Assembly: GCF_000143415.4 (NCBI RefSeq)
Contig: NW_003314383.1
Coordinates: forward strand, 186,001-250,000
DNA: 64,000 nucleotides
Reading direction: 5' to 3'
Source of the DNA: Selaginella moellendorffii
Taxonomy: Eukaryota > Plantae > Lycopodiophyta
Shown: piece after piece, positions 24,816-36,404 of the stretch
Position numbering within the stretch: the first letter of the stretch is position 1
How the letters are laid out: each line of letters begins with the position of its first letter
Translations under genes and position numbers: made by a program
Notes under the pieces: generated by a model
Told to the model about the DNA's origin: nothing
What the model saw: only the letters and a program-made list of their open reading frames with translations
Databases searched by the model: none

Positions 24816-25989
24816 AGACATCTAAAAACTAGAGATTATCAACTTGTATCTATTACAAGCAATTTATAATCTGAATTTTGGGGGGAGGTACACCTCCCAA
24901 GAGAGAGAGGTTTACTTGGGGTGGGTGGCCTAGCAAAAAATTTTGCACACTTGTAAAATATATGAAAAAAAAACTAAATTATTATAACATATACGTGTGA
25001 CTTACAAAATAATGTTTTAACCACAACTTTTTTCTTATACATTTAGTGCCAACCACATATACATAACAAAGTCCATATTAACACCATATTAGGTATACAA
25101 TTTTTTGTGTTACATCTCCACATCAAATTTTTTTTACACATCAGCAAGGTTTAAAGTTTGGGTTAAGGCTTGTTTTTTAGTGTACAAGCTAGATTTTAAG
25201 CACCTTTTGGATACTATGGACTGAGTTCATTATTGGGGCACTTCCTTAGTGAGGATAGTAAAAAGTACTTTGAGACCAATTGGGTTTGCAATGAATGAAG
25301 AAATTTCTGTATCCAATGCCAAAAACCACTACATTTAATGGCCCAAACACCTAAAGAAATGTTTTGCCTTCACACTCTAATTTATTAAACTCACCACCAT
25401 ACTTTATTCAATCACCCTCACTGCCACACTCCAATTGCATTTGCTACCATGCTCCAATCTATTATACTCACCATTGTGTTAGATTAAGGCGCCACACTGC
25501 AAATAAATTGTGAGAAATGGGAAGTGCAATTAATTAATTGAATCACGGTGCTTATATTAGGGGGCACTACACTGTGATAAATGAGCCACAACTGAGATAA
25601 ATGAGTTACAACAGTGAAAAATAAAAAGAGAGAGATGATCACAATTTATGAGAATGAGAAAAAAAAAATACTAAAATTGCACTAATCTTATGTTTTCTAA
25701 GATGATGTGGCATAATGCTTATATAGCAATTTGAAGTATCATACCCCATGCATACATGGCATACCCCAAGATAATATCACATGTGTAAATATATAATGCT
25801 TTCATGTGCAATCACATATTTGTTGCCATATGTATCCAACAAACAAAAACTGTTGCTTCACCTATATATTTCAAAATGATAAGTAAATAATACATAAATA
25901 AATACATTATTTAATCAATTATTGTGGTAGATTAATTGAGGTAAAGACCAATACTTATGTATAGAATTAGATGGACTATACAAAAGCCC

Positions 25990-27148
25990 CATGAAGAACT
26001 GTAACTGGATACTGTAATCTGAAGGCTGCCCGTTTGAATTGAGCGACTTGGGGCTTAAGAACGGATGGGGATCCATAAAGGTGATGGCATACACAAAGAC
26101 GGTGAGCAGCGAATCTGTTGGAGGCAGAAGGTTTTCAATAGAAGTGAACTAGCTTTCAACCAGCTGGATAGGAGCAGACTCGAGATGAAACGAACTGATT
26201 TCAGCCCTGATTCCATCATCAATGGCTTCCAGAATAGTATCCAAAGTATCCACAGGAGCTAAACCATTCATGGTTTCTATGCAAGCCATATTGACATGCT
26301 TGACCTCGTCAGAATAACAACCAATCTTTGGAATGAGCCCATCGTGGACCCGTGTTGTTGAAGACAATGTAAGACTGAAGACGTTTGCTATGCACAGCCT
26401 TTAGCCACTGCTTGACAGTCCTAATGGATATTCGCTGAACCAGCTCGCCAGACGTGAGCTTTACTATATTGCTCGATATCTTCCCCATGGCGTTCCTTTT
26501 GACTCCCTTCCAGTTTGAAGAGGAAGTTCCGATCCCGAGCAAACTCTGCCAACATTCTTCCAACCTGCTCCTTGTTCACCTGCCAGTCTTCCTTCTCAAT
26601 CTGCCTGGAAAGCGGTGAAGGTCTGTCACGGTTCGTGTGGCTGGTTCCCCCAATTTATGACTACCTATCAAAGAGCTTAGCCTTGGCAAGCCGCACAGGG
26701 AGAAGCTAGCCAGCCTGTAAGCTCCCAATGGACTCCGTGCAATACACTCCTGCTTGGCTTCTCTCAATCTGGCCAGAAGATTGTAGACTGACATCCCACT
26801 GTACGCTGTTCAGAATATGTGACCACACAATCTCGTGTTCCATGAGCTCGGAAAAGATCTGTTACCAAAGCTGCACCAGTCTACCTGTGCCCTGTTCTTC
26901 GTACTCTGCTCACACATCTCGGCGTTGTAAAAGTCGTTTGCAGCATCTCTCTCATCTTTGAGTTTGTTGTTGGCAGCATCCACCATTGCCTCGTTGAGAG
27001 CTGTGAGCACCACCAGATATCCTAACTCCTTCAGTCTACAACTTATTGCTGCGAGGAGAGTGCTCTTGCCAGACTGGGAAGATGCCATTTTCCCGCTACC
27101 ATCTCCTTTACCAAATCCTCCAAAGTCTAGCCAAGTGGGATGAGGCAT
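25990..27148 (-). pseudogene. P-loop ATPase pseudogene (AAA_35 / Crinkler-associated ATPase-like)
   Basis: Walker A-like QSGKSTLLAAISCRLKELGYLVV; LLARLREAK...YRLASFSLCG; in another frame NKEQVGRMLAEFARD...EDIEQYSKAH; multiple stops and frameshifts. Confidence 0.5.
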
Positions 27149-27490
27149 GCCCCGAAAAGAAGGTCCTAGGGCACAACTTAGTCAATGGAGCCTGAAAGTC
27201 AAAGTCAATGCTATTGAGAAACTATTTTGACGGAAGATATGGATCGTGTTCTCCAGCACCCGAGGAACCCAATGATTCAAGTCATTGGGGAGCGATACCC
27301 AATAGGAGATTCCTTATTTCTAGCAAACTGGCCAAGCCCTTTCCTCCTTATCGAGGCAATGGTGGATGCTGAGCACTTCCTTCCCTGAAGAAACCACTTT
27401 ATCTCCCATCACCTTGATTTAGGGCTGTACAAACAAAGGTTTGAACCTTTAAAGTTTTTCTGGAAAAATCAGCAAATATAAGAAATATTG

Positions 27491-28013
27491 ATGCTCAAAC
27501 ATTTCAACCTAATCACTATGGTTTCCTTGTTTGTTGCGTCCCCTACTGGCTTCACACATCCTGGAAAACCTGCTATACGCTTTCGAACACGGGCAGTGGA
27601 AGTGGAAAGAATTGCCGCTACAGTAACAGAGGACCCCCAACTTACATGGCAAATTGGCGTGGGGGCGATTGGTACCATTTTGCTTTGCCCCGTTGCTTCT
27701 GCTCAGTTTGGATTGTCCTGCAGCTGGGGTGACTCCATTTGTTGTGGCTGGGATCGAATTCAGCAAGAGGATTGTGAGTGATTTCTAGACAAATATTTCA
27801 TTGTGGGTTTCTGGAATTTCAGGCAGCTCAAAGGAGATGTAAAGTTTGTAAAGGCTCTGGGCTTGTCCGGCGAGAGCAGTATTACTTTAGATGCAACTCT
27901 TGCGGTCAGTGCTTGAGTTCCAATGGGTTGATTCTTTCTTATTTTTTTCATTTTATCCCCTTTTAGGAGGTTTTTTACCTTGGCAATCCTGGAAACGATT
28001 CTTTTCTGGGTAA
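27491..28013 (+). CDS. Small plastid membrane protein with a DnaJ-type zinc finger, 4 exons (start may be 27518)
   Basis: Spliced LTWQIGVGAI|AGVTPFVVAGIEFSKRI|AAQRRCKVCKGSGLV...FRCNSC|GGFLPWQSWKRFFSG*. Confidence 0.85.
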
Positions 28014-28135
28014 GACATAGATAGAAGAACTTCCTCAAAACTTTCTTCATAGTTTTTCACGAGAAACATTGTTTCGATCACTCCTAAACAAAACTTTCGC
28101 GTTTTCTCTGTTTTTTTTTTTTCTTCTTTTTCTCC

Positions 28136-29279
28136 TCAGCTAGAATCAGCTAGAATGTTGTTGATATGGGTCTCGGAGAGAGTTCTCGACCACAAGCCAG
28201 AGCCAATGTGTCCAACAGACATTGGACACAGCCAATACTTTGTCTTTGGTCCCAAAACCTGGGAACGAATAAAAGATAGAACGACGAAAAAAAGAGAGAA
28301 AAGAACGCAGGCACGAAACATGAAGCTTACATTGATTAGATTCGCAAGAAGCCCCAGATCATACGGATGCCTGTAGATTTGGCCAGCCTTCACTGCGATC
28401 CAGCCTTCCCTCTTCCCTTGATGAAACTAAATGACGAGAGAAAAACTTGCAAAACGCTGGAATGCATGAGTAAGAATGAAGCGAACCTCGATCGTAGTCT
28501 TGTTTTGAACGAGGAGATATGCATACCAAGCTTGCATTGATCCAAAGATCAAAACTCCCACCACCAGGCAAACGCCGTACATGACCTGCGAGAAGAAACG
28601 CACGAGACGAGTGAACTTTGCTTCCATCGCGTCACGAATGTGTGTGTACCTTCCAGAACTGATACGTCGACGAATTGTTTAGAGTTGATCCTCCAAAGAT
28701 GGCCAGAGAGTATGAGCACCCCAAGAAGAGGTAGAAGACGAGGAGGAGAAACGCTTTGTAGTTTCGGTGGCCAACGCAGTTATTCAGCCAAGAACAGTGA
28801 TGATCCTGTCGAAGAACAGCGCATTCTTAACGCCAAAGTCGAAAAGGTCGAGAAGAAAAGAGCTCAAAAGTACCATTCGCAGAATGCAACGCTTGCAAAT
28901 CCGGCAGTGATGAGCTCGAGCCGGTTTGTAGAGGCCACATTTCTCGCAAAACCTTCTCTCTTTTCCCTGGAAGAAGAAGAACAAAGAGAAAGTTCAAGAA
29001 AACAATCCGAGTGAAAAAATCTCTAACCTTCGAGACAGTGCTCTGATCGGTCTCTAGATCGGGAGAGTAATTCGCTGGCACCTGTCCGGGATCACGAAGA
29101 ACAGCCAGCCCGTGAGAGATGAGGATCATCACGTTGAGCAGCGTGAAGAGCAGTGCATGTAGCAAAGCTGGCACGCCGATCCAAGGCTGGAGCGCCAAGA
29201 CCACGACGATGTAATAATTCGAGAGCAGCAGGACGAGGAATGCCAGGATCGGGAGCGTCAAGCATCTCGAGAGGCCCAT
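28136..29279 (-). CDS. DHHC protein S-acyltransferase (PAT15/16-like)
   Basis: DPGQVP; [26 protein letters not shown]|[16 protein letters not shown]; NKTTIE; HPYDLG. Confidence 0.95.
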
Positions 29280-29568
29280 CGGCGCACTACATCATCGGCC
29301 GCCGGCAGGCGCCCGGGATCACGGCGACCTGCGCAAGCGCGATGGACCGATTGTAAGCTGCGGCAAGGAGGAGGAAATCTATCTCTCGATTCTTACATTC
29401 TCGTGTCGGTGGATCCGTCGTCGAGGAGGAAGAATAAGAACCCTAATTTCTTAATCTCTATAAAACCTAGCTAAGAAGATCATCCAAATGGAAAGCATTT
29501 TCGCGCGCGAAGGTATTTCTTTTGGATTTGAGCTGCTAGTTTTAGGGTTTATGGATTCTAAGCGACGA

Positions 29569-30309
29569 TCAAGAGGCTTCCGGAGGCGGGGGATGCGTCA
29601 CCGAGGCAATTTGTGCTCGTTTCTTCGTTTTCGCGATCTTTCTAAGCAGCGAGTCCGGATCGACATGGCCTGTTACTACAACACGCTGCTTCTCCATGTC
29701 TGTGTCTACCTTTTCAACTCCTGGAGTGGAAGAAACGATCAAGGCTCTTGCTTACAAATCCAGATTGGAGAATTCTCTTACCTCGCAATTCGCATAGCGC
29801 TGCTAGAACTCTTCGTTGGCATCCGGGACAATGCAAAGCCACCTTGAGCTCGATGATCTGACAAGCAAAATGAGAATATCTTTCTCTGAATTTGAGCTCG
29901 ATCGTAGGATCAGAGATGTGTTCTTTAGCGTACCGAAGGCATTGGATTGTCCGGCTGTGGTGGCGGTGGCGGAGGATCAGAGGGCCAGACCTGGACGAGC
30001 TTCTTAAACTTTGCAACTTTCTTGAGCAGGTTTTCTTGCTCATAGTGCCCCGTGACGGTCATCTTTTGCTCCTCGAGATCCACCACGATGTTCTTCACTC
30101 CTGGAAGGAAACATCATCAAATTCAAGCTCTTACAATCTCTCGATGACGAGCCCCACCTGGAACTTTGCACAGCTCGTTTGTTATCTTGTATCGCCCGCG
30201 ATTGGACTTGGTGAGGATCTTGAGCGTCATCGTCTAAACGAGCAAAGCAAGAGAGAGACCATGTCTGGTGTGTTCTCGCTCGGTATAACTTTACCTTCAA
30301 CTCCGCCAT
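29569..30309 (-). CDS. Tandem heavy-metal-associated (HMA) domain protein, HPP type (no CaaX), 5 exons
   Basis: MAELK|TMTLKILTKSNRGRYKITNELCKVPG|VKNIVVDLEEQKMTVTG...|IIELKVALHCPGCQRRVLAALCELRG|VEKVDTDMEKQRVVVTGHVDP...PPPPEAS*. Confidence 0.85.
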
Positions 30310-30513
30310 TTCAATGCTTGTCAATGCTTCTAATGTCGCAAACTTTGCCAAAAGATGGAGCTCTTTTATGGATGTCGTGGTTCGAGCATGGGATTTAATC
30401 ATTGTTGGTTTGCAAGCAAAGATTGGATCTCGCCATGGTTTTAAAGCGAAGGTTAGCATCACCACTGTAGCGGTAAGAATGTGAAAGGTAAAGTGGTTTT
30501 GCTACCGGTGTCT

Positions 30514-30585
30514 GGTCCTATGGTCTAGTGGTTAGGACACTGGACTCTGAATCCAGTAGCCCGAGTTCAAGTCTCGGTAGGACCT
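30514..30585 (+). tRNA. tRNA-Gln(CTG)
   Basis: 72-nt cloverleaf; acceptor GGTCCTA/TAGGACC; anticodon CTG 30547-30549; GTTCAAGTC T loop; followed by an oligo-T Pol III terminator. Confidence 0.95.
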
Positions 30586-30653
30586 TTTCTCTTTTTCTCT
30601 TTCCCTCCAGTTTTTTTATTTGCTTTTCATTGCTACTTAGTTTGCCCTAAGCT

Positions 30654-32246
30654 ATGGAGGCCAGGGAGCTCCTGGAATGCGCGGCTACGTTTGGAATCAG
30701 CGATTCCTCCCAAGGATCTTCGCAGTTTGGGGATACGCTGGAGATTGCCGTGTTCCCGGATCAAGGCGGGTAAGTTTTTAGATGGGAAATTTATGGTGAT
30801 CGAATTGTATTGTATGTAGGAGAGGTCTGGGTGTGGCTCGGAATGTGGAGCAGGGTGAGATGATTCTCAGAGTTCCATTTGCTGCTTTGATTGGCGTCCA
30901 TTGCGCGAGGGAAGATCCCGAGTTTGGAAAAGTGCTGGTGGATTTCGCGCATTTGTCTTCTGTGCAGGTAAAGTTCTTTGTTTTCCATTAGAACTTGATA
31001 GATTTGTGCGTAGAAGAAGATTCTTTCCAGCATTTTCTCCAGCATTATCTCGTTTTCTTGTTTGAAGATCTTGACGGCGTATCTCTTGAGCGAAGTTGCC
31101 AAGTCTTGCTCCTCTCGGTGGTTTTCATATCTTCGCCATAATCCTCAAGTTCATCACAGTCTACCTCATTTTTCCGCAATGGAAGCTGAAGAACTACAGG
31201 TCTTTTTCTTTCACTTGTCATCTTGTTTTTAACTAACATTGTCATAGGTGGAGGATGCGATCTCGATGGCAAAATCGTCTCTCGAAGACACTCAGAGACA
31301 GTGGAGGGAGACGTCCTCATTGCTTTCACGTCTTCGCCTCCCACGTAAGTTTACTACTTTCAAGGCCTGGCTTTGGGCCGCTGCTACCGTGAGTTGCCTT
31401 CAGATTTTCACAAATGATCTCTTATCTAGTTTGTTCTTGCGATTCAGATATCATCCAGAACGCTACACGTCCCATGGGATGACGCAGGCGTGCTATGTCC
31501 CATCGGCGACCTCTTCAACTACGACGCACCGATAGAAAGAACTATGTCTTCGAGAAATGAGGACGACGAGCTCGAGTTTACGAACAGGCTCACTGATGGT
31601 GGCTATGAAACTTCCATCAGTTCCTACTGTTTCTATGCGCGGAGGAGCTACAAAAAGGGCCAGCAGGTCTGTTTCTCTTTGGACTCTTGTCAAGAGGCTC
31701 ATTTGGCGTTTCCAGGCTCTCATTTGCTACGGGCAATACACGAACTTGGAGCTTCTCGAACACTACGGGTTTTTGCTACCGGATAATCCTTGTGACGTGA
31801 TTTACATTCCACTGCCAAGCCCGGAGGAATTCGGGCTTAAAAGTACCGGAGACAAAAGCGAAAGACAACACAACCTCGCAGCTTATTGTATAGAGGCAAG
31901 CGGGAAGCCTTCGTTTTCGTTGCTACAGCAACTAAGACTTCGTGCCGTTCCAGCTTCTCTACGAAAGTCACACGGCTACATGGCGTCTCAAGGCTTGCCA
32001 ATTTCCAGAGAGAGCGACCAGCTTGTTTTCCTCTGGCTGCAAAAGAAGTGCCAAAAGCTTCTGGAGAAACTTCCAACGACGATAGAGCAAGACGAGAGAG
32101 CTCTGGAACAGCTGGAAAAGAGTACAAGCTCTGGTTCATGCGGAGTCGAGAGGCACAAGCTCGCCATCAAGTGGAGGCTGGGATACAAAACCATCCTGCA
32201 ACGTTGTCTCACTTACAGCAAAGGCGAATCACTCGGCTTCGAGTAA
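30654..32246 (+). CDS. SET-domain lysine methyltransferase, Rubisco-LSMT class (SDG40/SETD4-like), multi-exon
   Basis: FPDQGG|RGLGVARNV; FKAWLWAAAT|ISSRTLHVPWDDAGVLCPIGDLFNY; RLTDGGY; YGQYTNLELLEHYGF; PTTIEQD. Confidence 0.9.
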
Positions 32247-34116
32247 CCACCGATACTTTGCAAGAGTTTCTTCTTCCAGCGGCTCCAGGAACTCGCTCTT
32301 GCCAAGGATGTCTTTCGGCGGCAATCCAGAGACGAGATTTGTATCCAGCCGGGGACCAGCAGGCTCTGAAGATCCGTTGTCAGCGACGTCTGCGAATCTC
32401 AATGGCGAAGCTCCACAAAACGCTTCCTGGTGGAAGGCCAAACTTCGCGCTGGCTGGAGGCAAAACTCTAGCCATTGAGAAACCAGTGGAGAGGGTCCTC
32501 TTATGCGTCCACCGGCTTTATCACTTTTGATTTTAATCGCAGCAGGGATTGCCTGCACGTAGAGAGGACAGTGTCACGAATGAATCATCACTGGAAGAAT
32601 ATCAAAACTTACCCATACATCGGCCCAAAGACTAGTCCCGGACGCAGGAGCTATAACACCAACGTTGGATTGCCGCTTAGCAAATGGTAGAACGTCGTTC
32701 GACCATCCCACCGCGATCCAGACATCTCCCGCTCCTAAAGCTCTCAAATAGTTGATGTTATCGAACACTCTCACCTGCGGAGAAGTGCACAGTGAGAAGC
32801 ACAATCAAGCGGGCTGGTCACTTGCCTGTTTTCTTAATCTCAAAAATCTCTCCTTGACAGCTTCTTGTCCACCGTGAACTTCAGCATCGAGATTTCTTGC
32901 ATTGTAAGACGCTCCGAGGGACTTTAGCACCAGACCGACGACCTCTCGAGTGGATTCTATCATGGAAATTCTTCCGGCAAGCTCTGGCTTCCAAAGATCG
33001 TCCCAGTCCTGAGGAAAACAGAAAGTTTTACAGGAAAAAGTTTTACGCAACTGTTTGTACCTTGATATCTTGTAGACCAGCTTTTGCAAGTTTGTCTTTC
33101 CTATAAGCTATCACCATGCAACCACACCGATATGGCGCACCCCAAACTTGTCCAGTTTCGTCTGGACGCCCTTGTGCATCCCGTCTAAGGATGGCCTGTA
33201 AAAATCAAAGTTTTGTAATGTAGTGAAAGACTCTGAAAAAAAGAAGAAAAAGTACCTGCCATTTCGGGTCAAGATGCTGAAACCACTCGAGCTCCTGGGG
33301 TTTCCCAACAGAAGCGATCAGCTTGTTTCTTATGGCGACACCAAGCCACGAATCTCCGAGCGTGACAACGTCAGCCGCCATGGTCGACTTACTCGTAAGT
33401 TGTCCACTGTTTTTAGCAGACACAAGCTGGGTGTAAATTGTGTCGAGAGATCCAAGAAACTCTGCACCGAGTTTCATTTGTTTCCCTTGAGACACCATAA
33501 AATCCTGCCACCAAAAGGTTCTCTCAAATACGTGCATGAAAGACACAAAAGCGATACCTTGATCCAAACAGGAGGAACCGATCCTCGAAGGCCGACTATC
33601 CTCAGTGGAAAGCTTATAGAATATGGAACCGTCTTCCACTGCTCGTAAGCACGTCGCATCTCTTCACTCATATTCTCAGCTCCATCTTCCTAGACATTGA
33701 AGACCACTGGTTTTAGAAGCGAGAGAAGTAATAATCGAAAACATCTAGGACTATGAGATACCTGAAGCTCGAACATCTAGTACATTCTTGTTTTCGTGCT
33801 CGAGCTCCTGACTTTCAGCAGCCGCAAAAGAAATCCTGGTAGAAGTTTGCAGCTCTCCAGAAATCCGAGCAAAACAAGCATGGCCTCGATGTTCGCCAGC
33901 CAAAGAAGCAGCGAGACCAGCGCTCAAGAGGGACATAGCACACAAGAGTTTACCACATTCTCCCTTGATAGCAGCGAGAAGCTGCTCTTTCTTCTTGCTG
34001 CCAGAGCCATCGACACTCTCCAAGCTACAAGCGCGCGGACGAAATGTCGCTCGCGGACTTAGCACAATGCCTCCGCATCGAAGAAAAGGAAAGGCGACGG
34101 CAGTGGCGCCCTCCAT
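32229..34116 (-). CDS. Plastid spermidine/putrescine-binding (PotD/PotF-like) protein, ENF2-like
   Basis: LRIVGLRGSVPPVWIK; ADVVTLGDSWL; DWDDLWKPELAGRISM; GDVWIAVGWSNDV; PASGTSLWADVW; SEFLEPL. Confidence 0.85.
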
Positions 34117-34178
34117 TCTCTTCTACAATACCCAAGTAGGGCATACCCAGGAACGAAGAACCCTAAAAATCAATCGCC

Positions 34179-34509
34179 ATGCTTTCTTCCCCCGGTGAGT
34201 GCCAATCCTTCTCGACCCAATTCCTGCTCTCACAATCGATCCAATGCAGCGGCAAAGAAGCCTGACGAGCAGCCGGCGCCACCGGCGAGCAAGTACGATC
34301 TCCCTCTCGGCACGCAATTCGAATACATTCCCACCAAGAAGATCGAGCTCAACAGGATTCGAGCGAAATACGGCGCCGCGGAGCTCCAGAGGATGCTCGA
34401 CTCGGTGGAAGCCAAGCCGCCGCCGCCGCGAATCGCCGAGTTCCTGGCAATCAAGGGCTTCCTGGACGTGGATTTAGCAGACCCGGATCTAGCGCCCCTG
34501 CTCGAGTAG
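34179..34509 (+). CDS. Small protein of unknown function (about 91 aa); exons 34179-34194 and 34250-34509
   Basis: ATG after a telo-box; phase-1 GTGAGT...TGCAG intron; GC-rich coding-like sequence ending GFLDVDLADPDLAPLLE*. Confidence 0.7.
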
Positions 34510-35381
34510 CACCAAGAACCCTAAATCGCAGAGTACTTTACCTAACAAAAGTATTTACCTTTATTAAGAGTCTTAGGGCTTCCTAATTCTTACCGCCAAA
34601 AGTTACCGTGGTAATGTCGGTGTTACGTGGTAAATGAATAAAATACGTAAAGGTGAAAATCCTGCTGCCCTGCTGGGCAGCCAAAAAGATTCTGCCCGCT
34701 GCGCTGCCCTGCTGCCGTGTCGTGGGCTCGATTTTAATCCCCTTCCAAAATATTTCTTTTCTCCATTTTTTAATGTATCCCAAAAAGATAACTAGCCACC
34801 AAAAAAAAGGACTGGTTAGTTTTTTTGCCAAGTACTTTGTTGGGACGTCGACGTCACCAATGTGATGTGGTCATGGGCTACAACAATTTCCCACGACCCA
34901 TTGGCCGCGTGCGCCCGACGCGTGGCGGGATCTCAGCGGATCCGCGACGTGGCCAGTATCTTTGTCTAGGGGCCGTCGGATGCGCGGGAGCGACGGCTGG
35001 GATTCGCGAGCCCCGACTTTTGTTTTTCTTCGTCTCTCTCTTCGCGCGGCTGAACTGGTCGCCCTTGCAGCGCTTTGGTAATTCGTACGGGTCCTTGCGG
35101 CCGAGAAAGAATGGCCCATCCCATGCAACACACATTAAAGGTGGTTTGTTGGTTCGTAGCTTCGTTCGTTCGTCTCATTGTTGCCTTCTTTCTGGTGGGA
35201 TAGCGCTTTTTCTCCTTGAAGAGCTCTCGTTGCTTCCAAATCTACTGTCGAGAGAGATGTGTGAGCTCCAAACCTTCTCCTCTTTTCTAGTTGATGAAAT
35301 CTAGAGTGTTTGATTGCTGGTTACCTTTGAGCGAGTCTCCACTGCTAACACCATAGTCCCAGTCGAAAAGAGCGTTCTGTA

Positions 35382-36404
35382 ATGCAGAGAGAGCTCCACG
35401 GAAGAAGCTGTGCTGGTCCTGCGGCTGCCAAGAGTGTTAGTAGTACTAGAGCCGCTCACAAACGCATCAAGGCCCCTGATGGCTTGCTGGATTGGATAAC
35501 GGAGAAGAGGGGTCGTTGATCCAGGCTTCAGCTGGCGGACAAGGAATGCTCCGCCGGCACACCCAGCGCTGGAAGTGGCGATGGCGATGACTCCTCCACC
35601 GGAGCGGGCGATCAGGATATTTCTTCGTCGTTTCACAAAGGTGGACGAGCTCGAGGACGCGGAGGCTCTTCGTCCAGGTCCAAGCCCTCGGACAGGCATC
35701 CAGTTTACATCGGTGTACGCCGACGCAGCTGGGGGAAGTGGGTGTCCGAGATCCGGGAGCCGAAGAAGAAGAACCGGATATGGCTCGGTTCCTTTCCAAC
35801 ACCGGAGATGGCTGCTCGGGCTCACGATGTTGCTGCTCTCTGCCTTCGAGGAGAGGACGCTCACTTGAATTTTCCGGATTCAGTCCACACTTTGCCTCGT
35901 CCTGAGCGTTTGTCGCCGAAATGTATCCAGGAAGCAGCTACATCAGCAGCAATGTCTTTCCAGGATAGACTTCTTCCATACACTGCTCCACAGCAGCAGC
36001 AGCAGCAGCAGGAACAGCAGGAGAAACCGGACCAAACTGAGCGGCACGAAGAGCAGCAACAGCACCAGCAGCAAAACTCCCAGCAGCCGGCTAAAGTCGT
36101 CAAGTTGGAAGTTTCTTCTTCTCCAGGTTCTCGCAGTAAACTCTCCTCTGATCATCACCGTCACTCATCTCAAATGCAAACGGCGGCTTCTGATGCTACT
36201 GCAGCTGCTGCGGGGGCTTCTCCTCAGACATTTGAGTACGTTGACGAGGATTTCATCTTCAACATGCCCACCATTCTATCCAGTATGGCTGAAGCACTGG
36301 CCGTTCCACTGCCACCACCACCGCAAGATGATCGCGACGACAACGAAGAAAATGCTGAGGACGGCACCATCTGGGATCCATCTACTTGGGATCGCTACTC
36401 TTGA
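35382..36404 (+). CDS. AP2/ERF transcription factor, DREB A-4 (TINY-like), with an in-frame TGA at 35517-35519 upstream of the AP2 domain
   Basis: [52 protein letters not shown]...LNFP; SPKCIQEAA; LSSMAEAL; poly-Q; true start unresolved. Confidence 0.85.

Noticed and set aside
25560-25580. CACTAC as a CACTA transposon end
   Set aside because: No matching inverted terminus or TSD found
31886-32530. 214-aa plus-strand ORF spanning the SET and PotD-like ends
   Set aside because: Alternative or antisense frame of two recognised genes with no motif of its own
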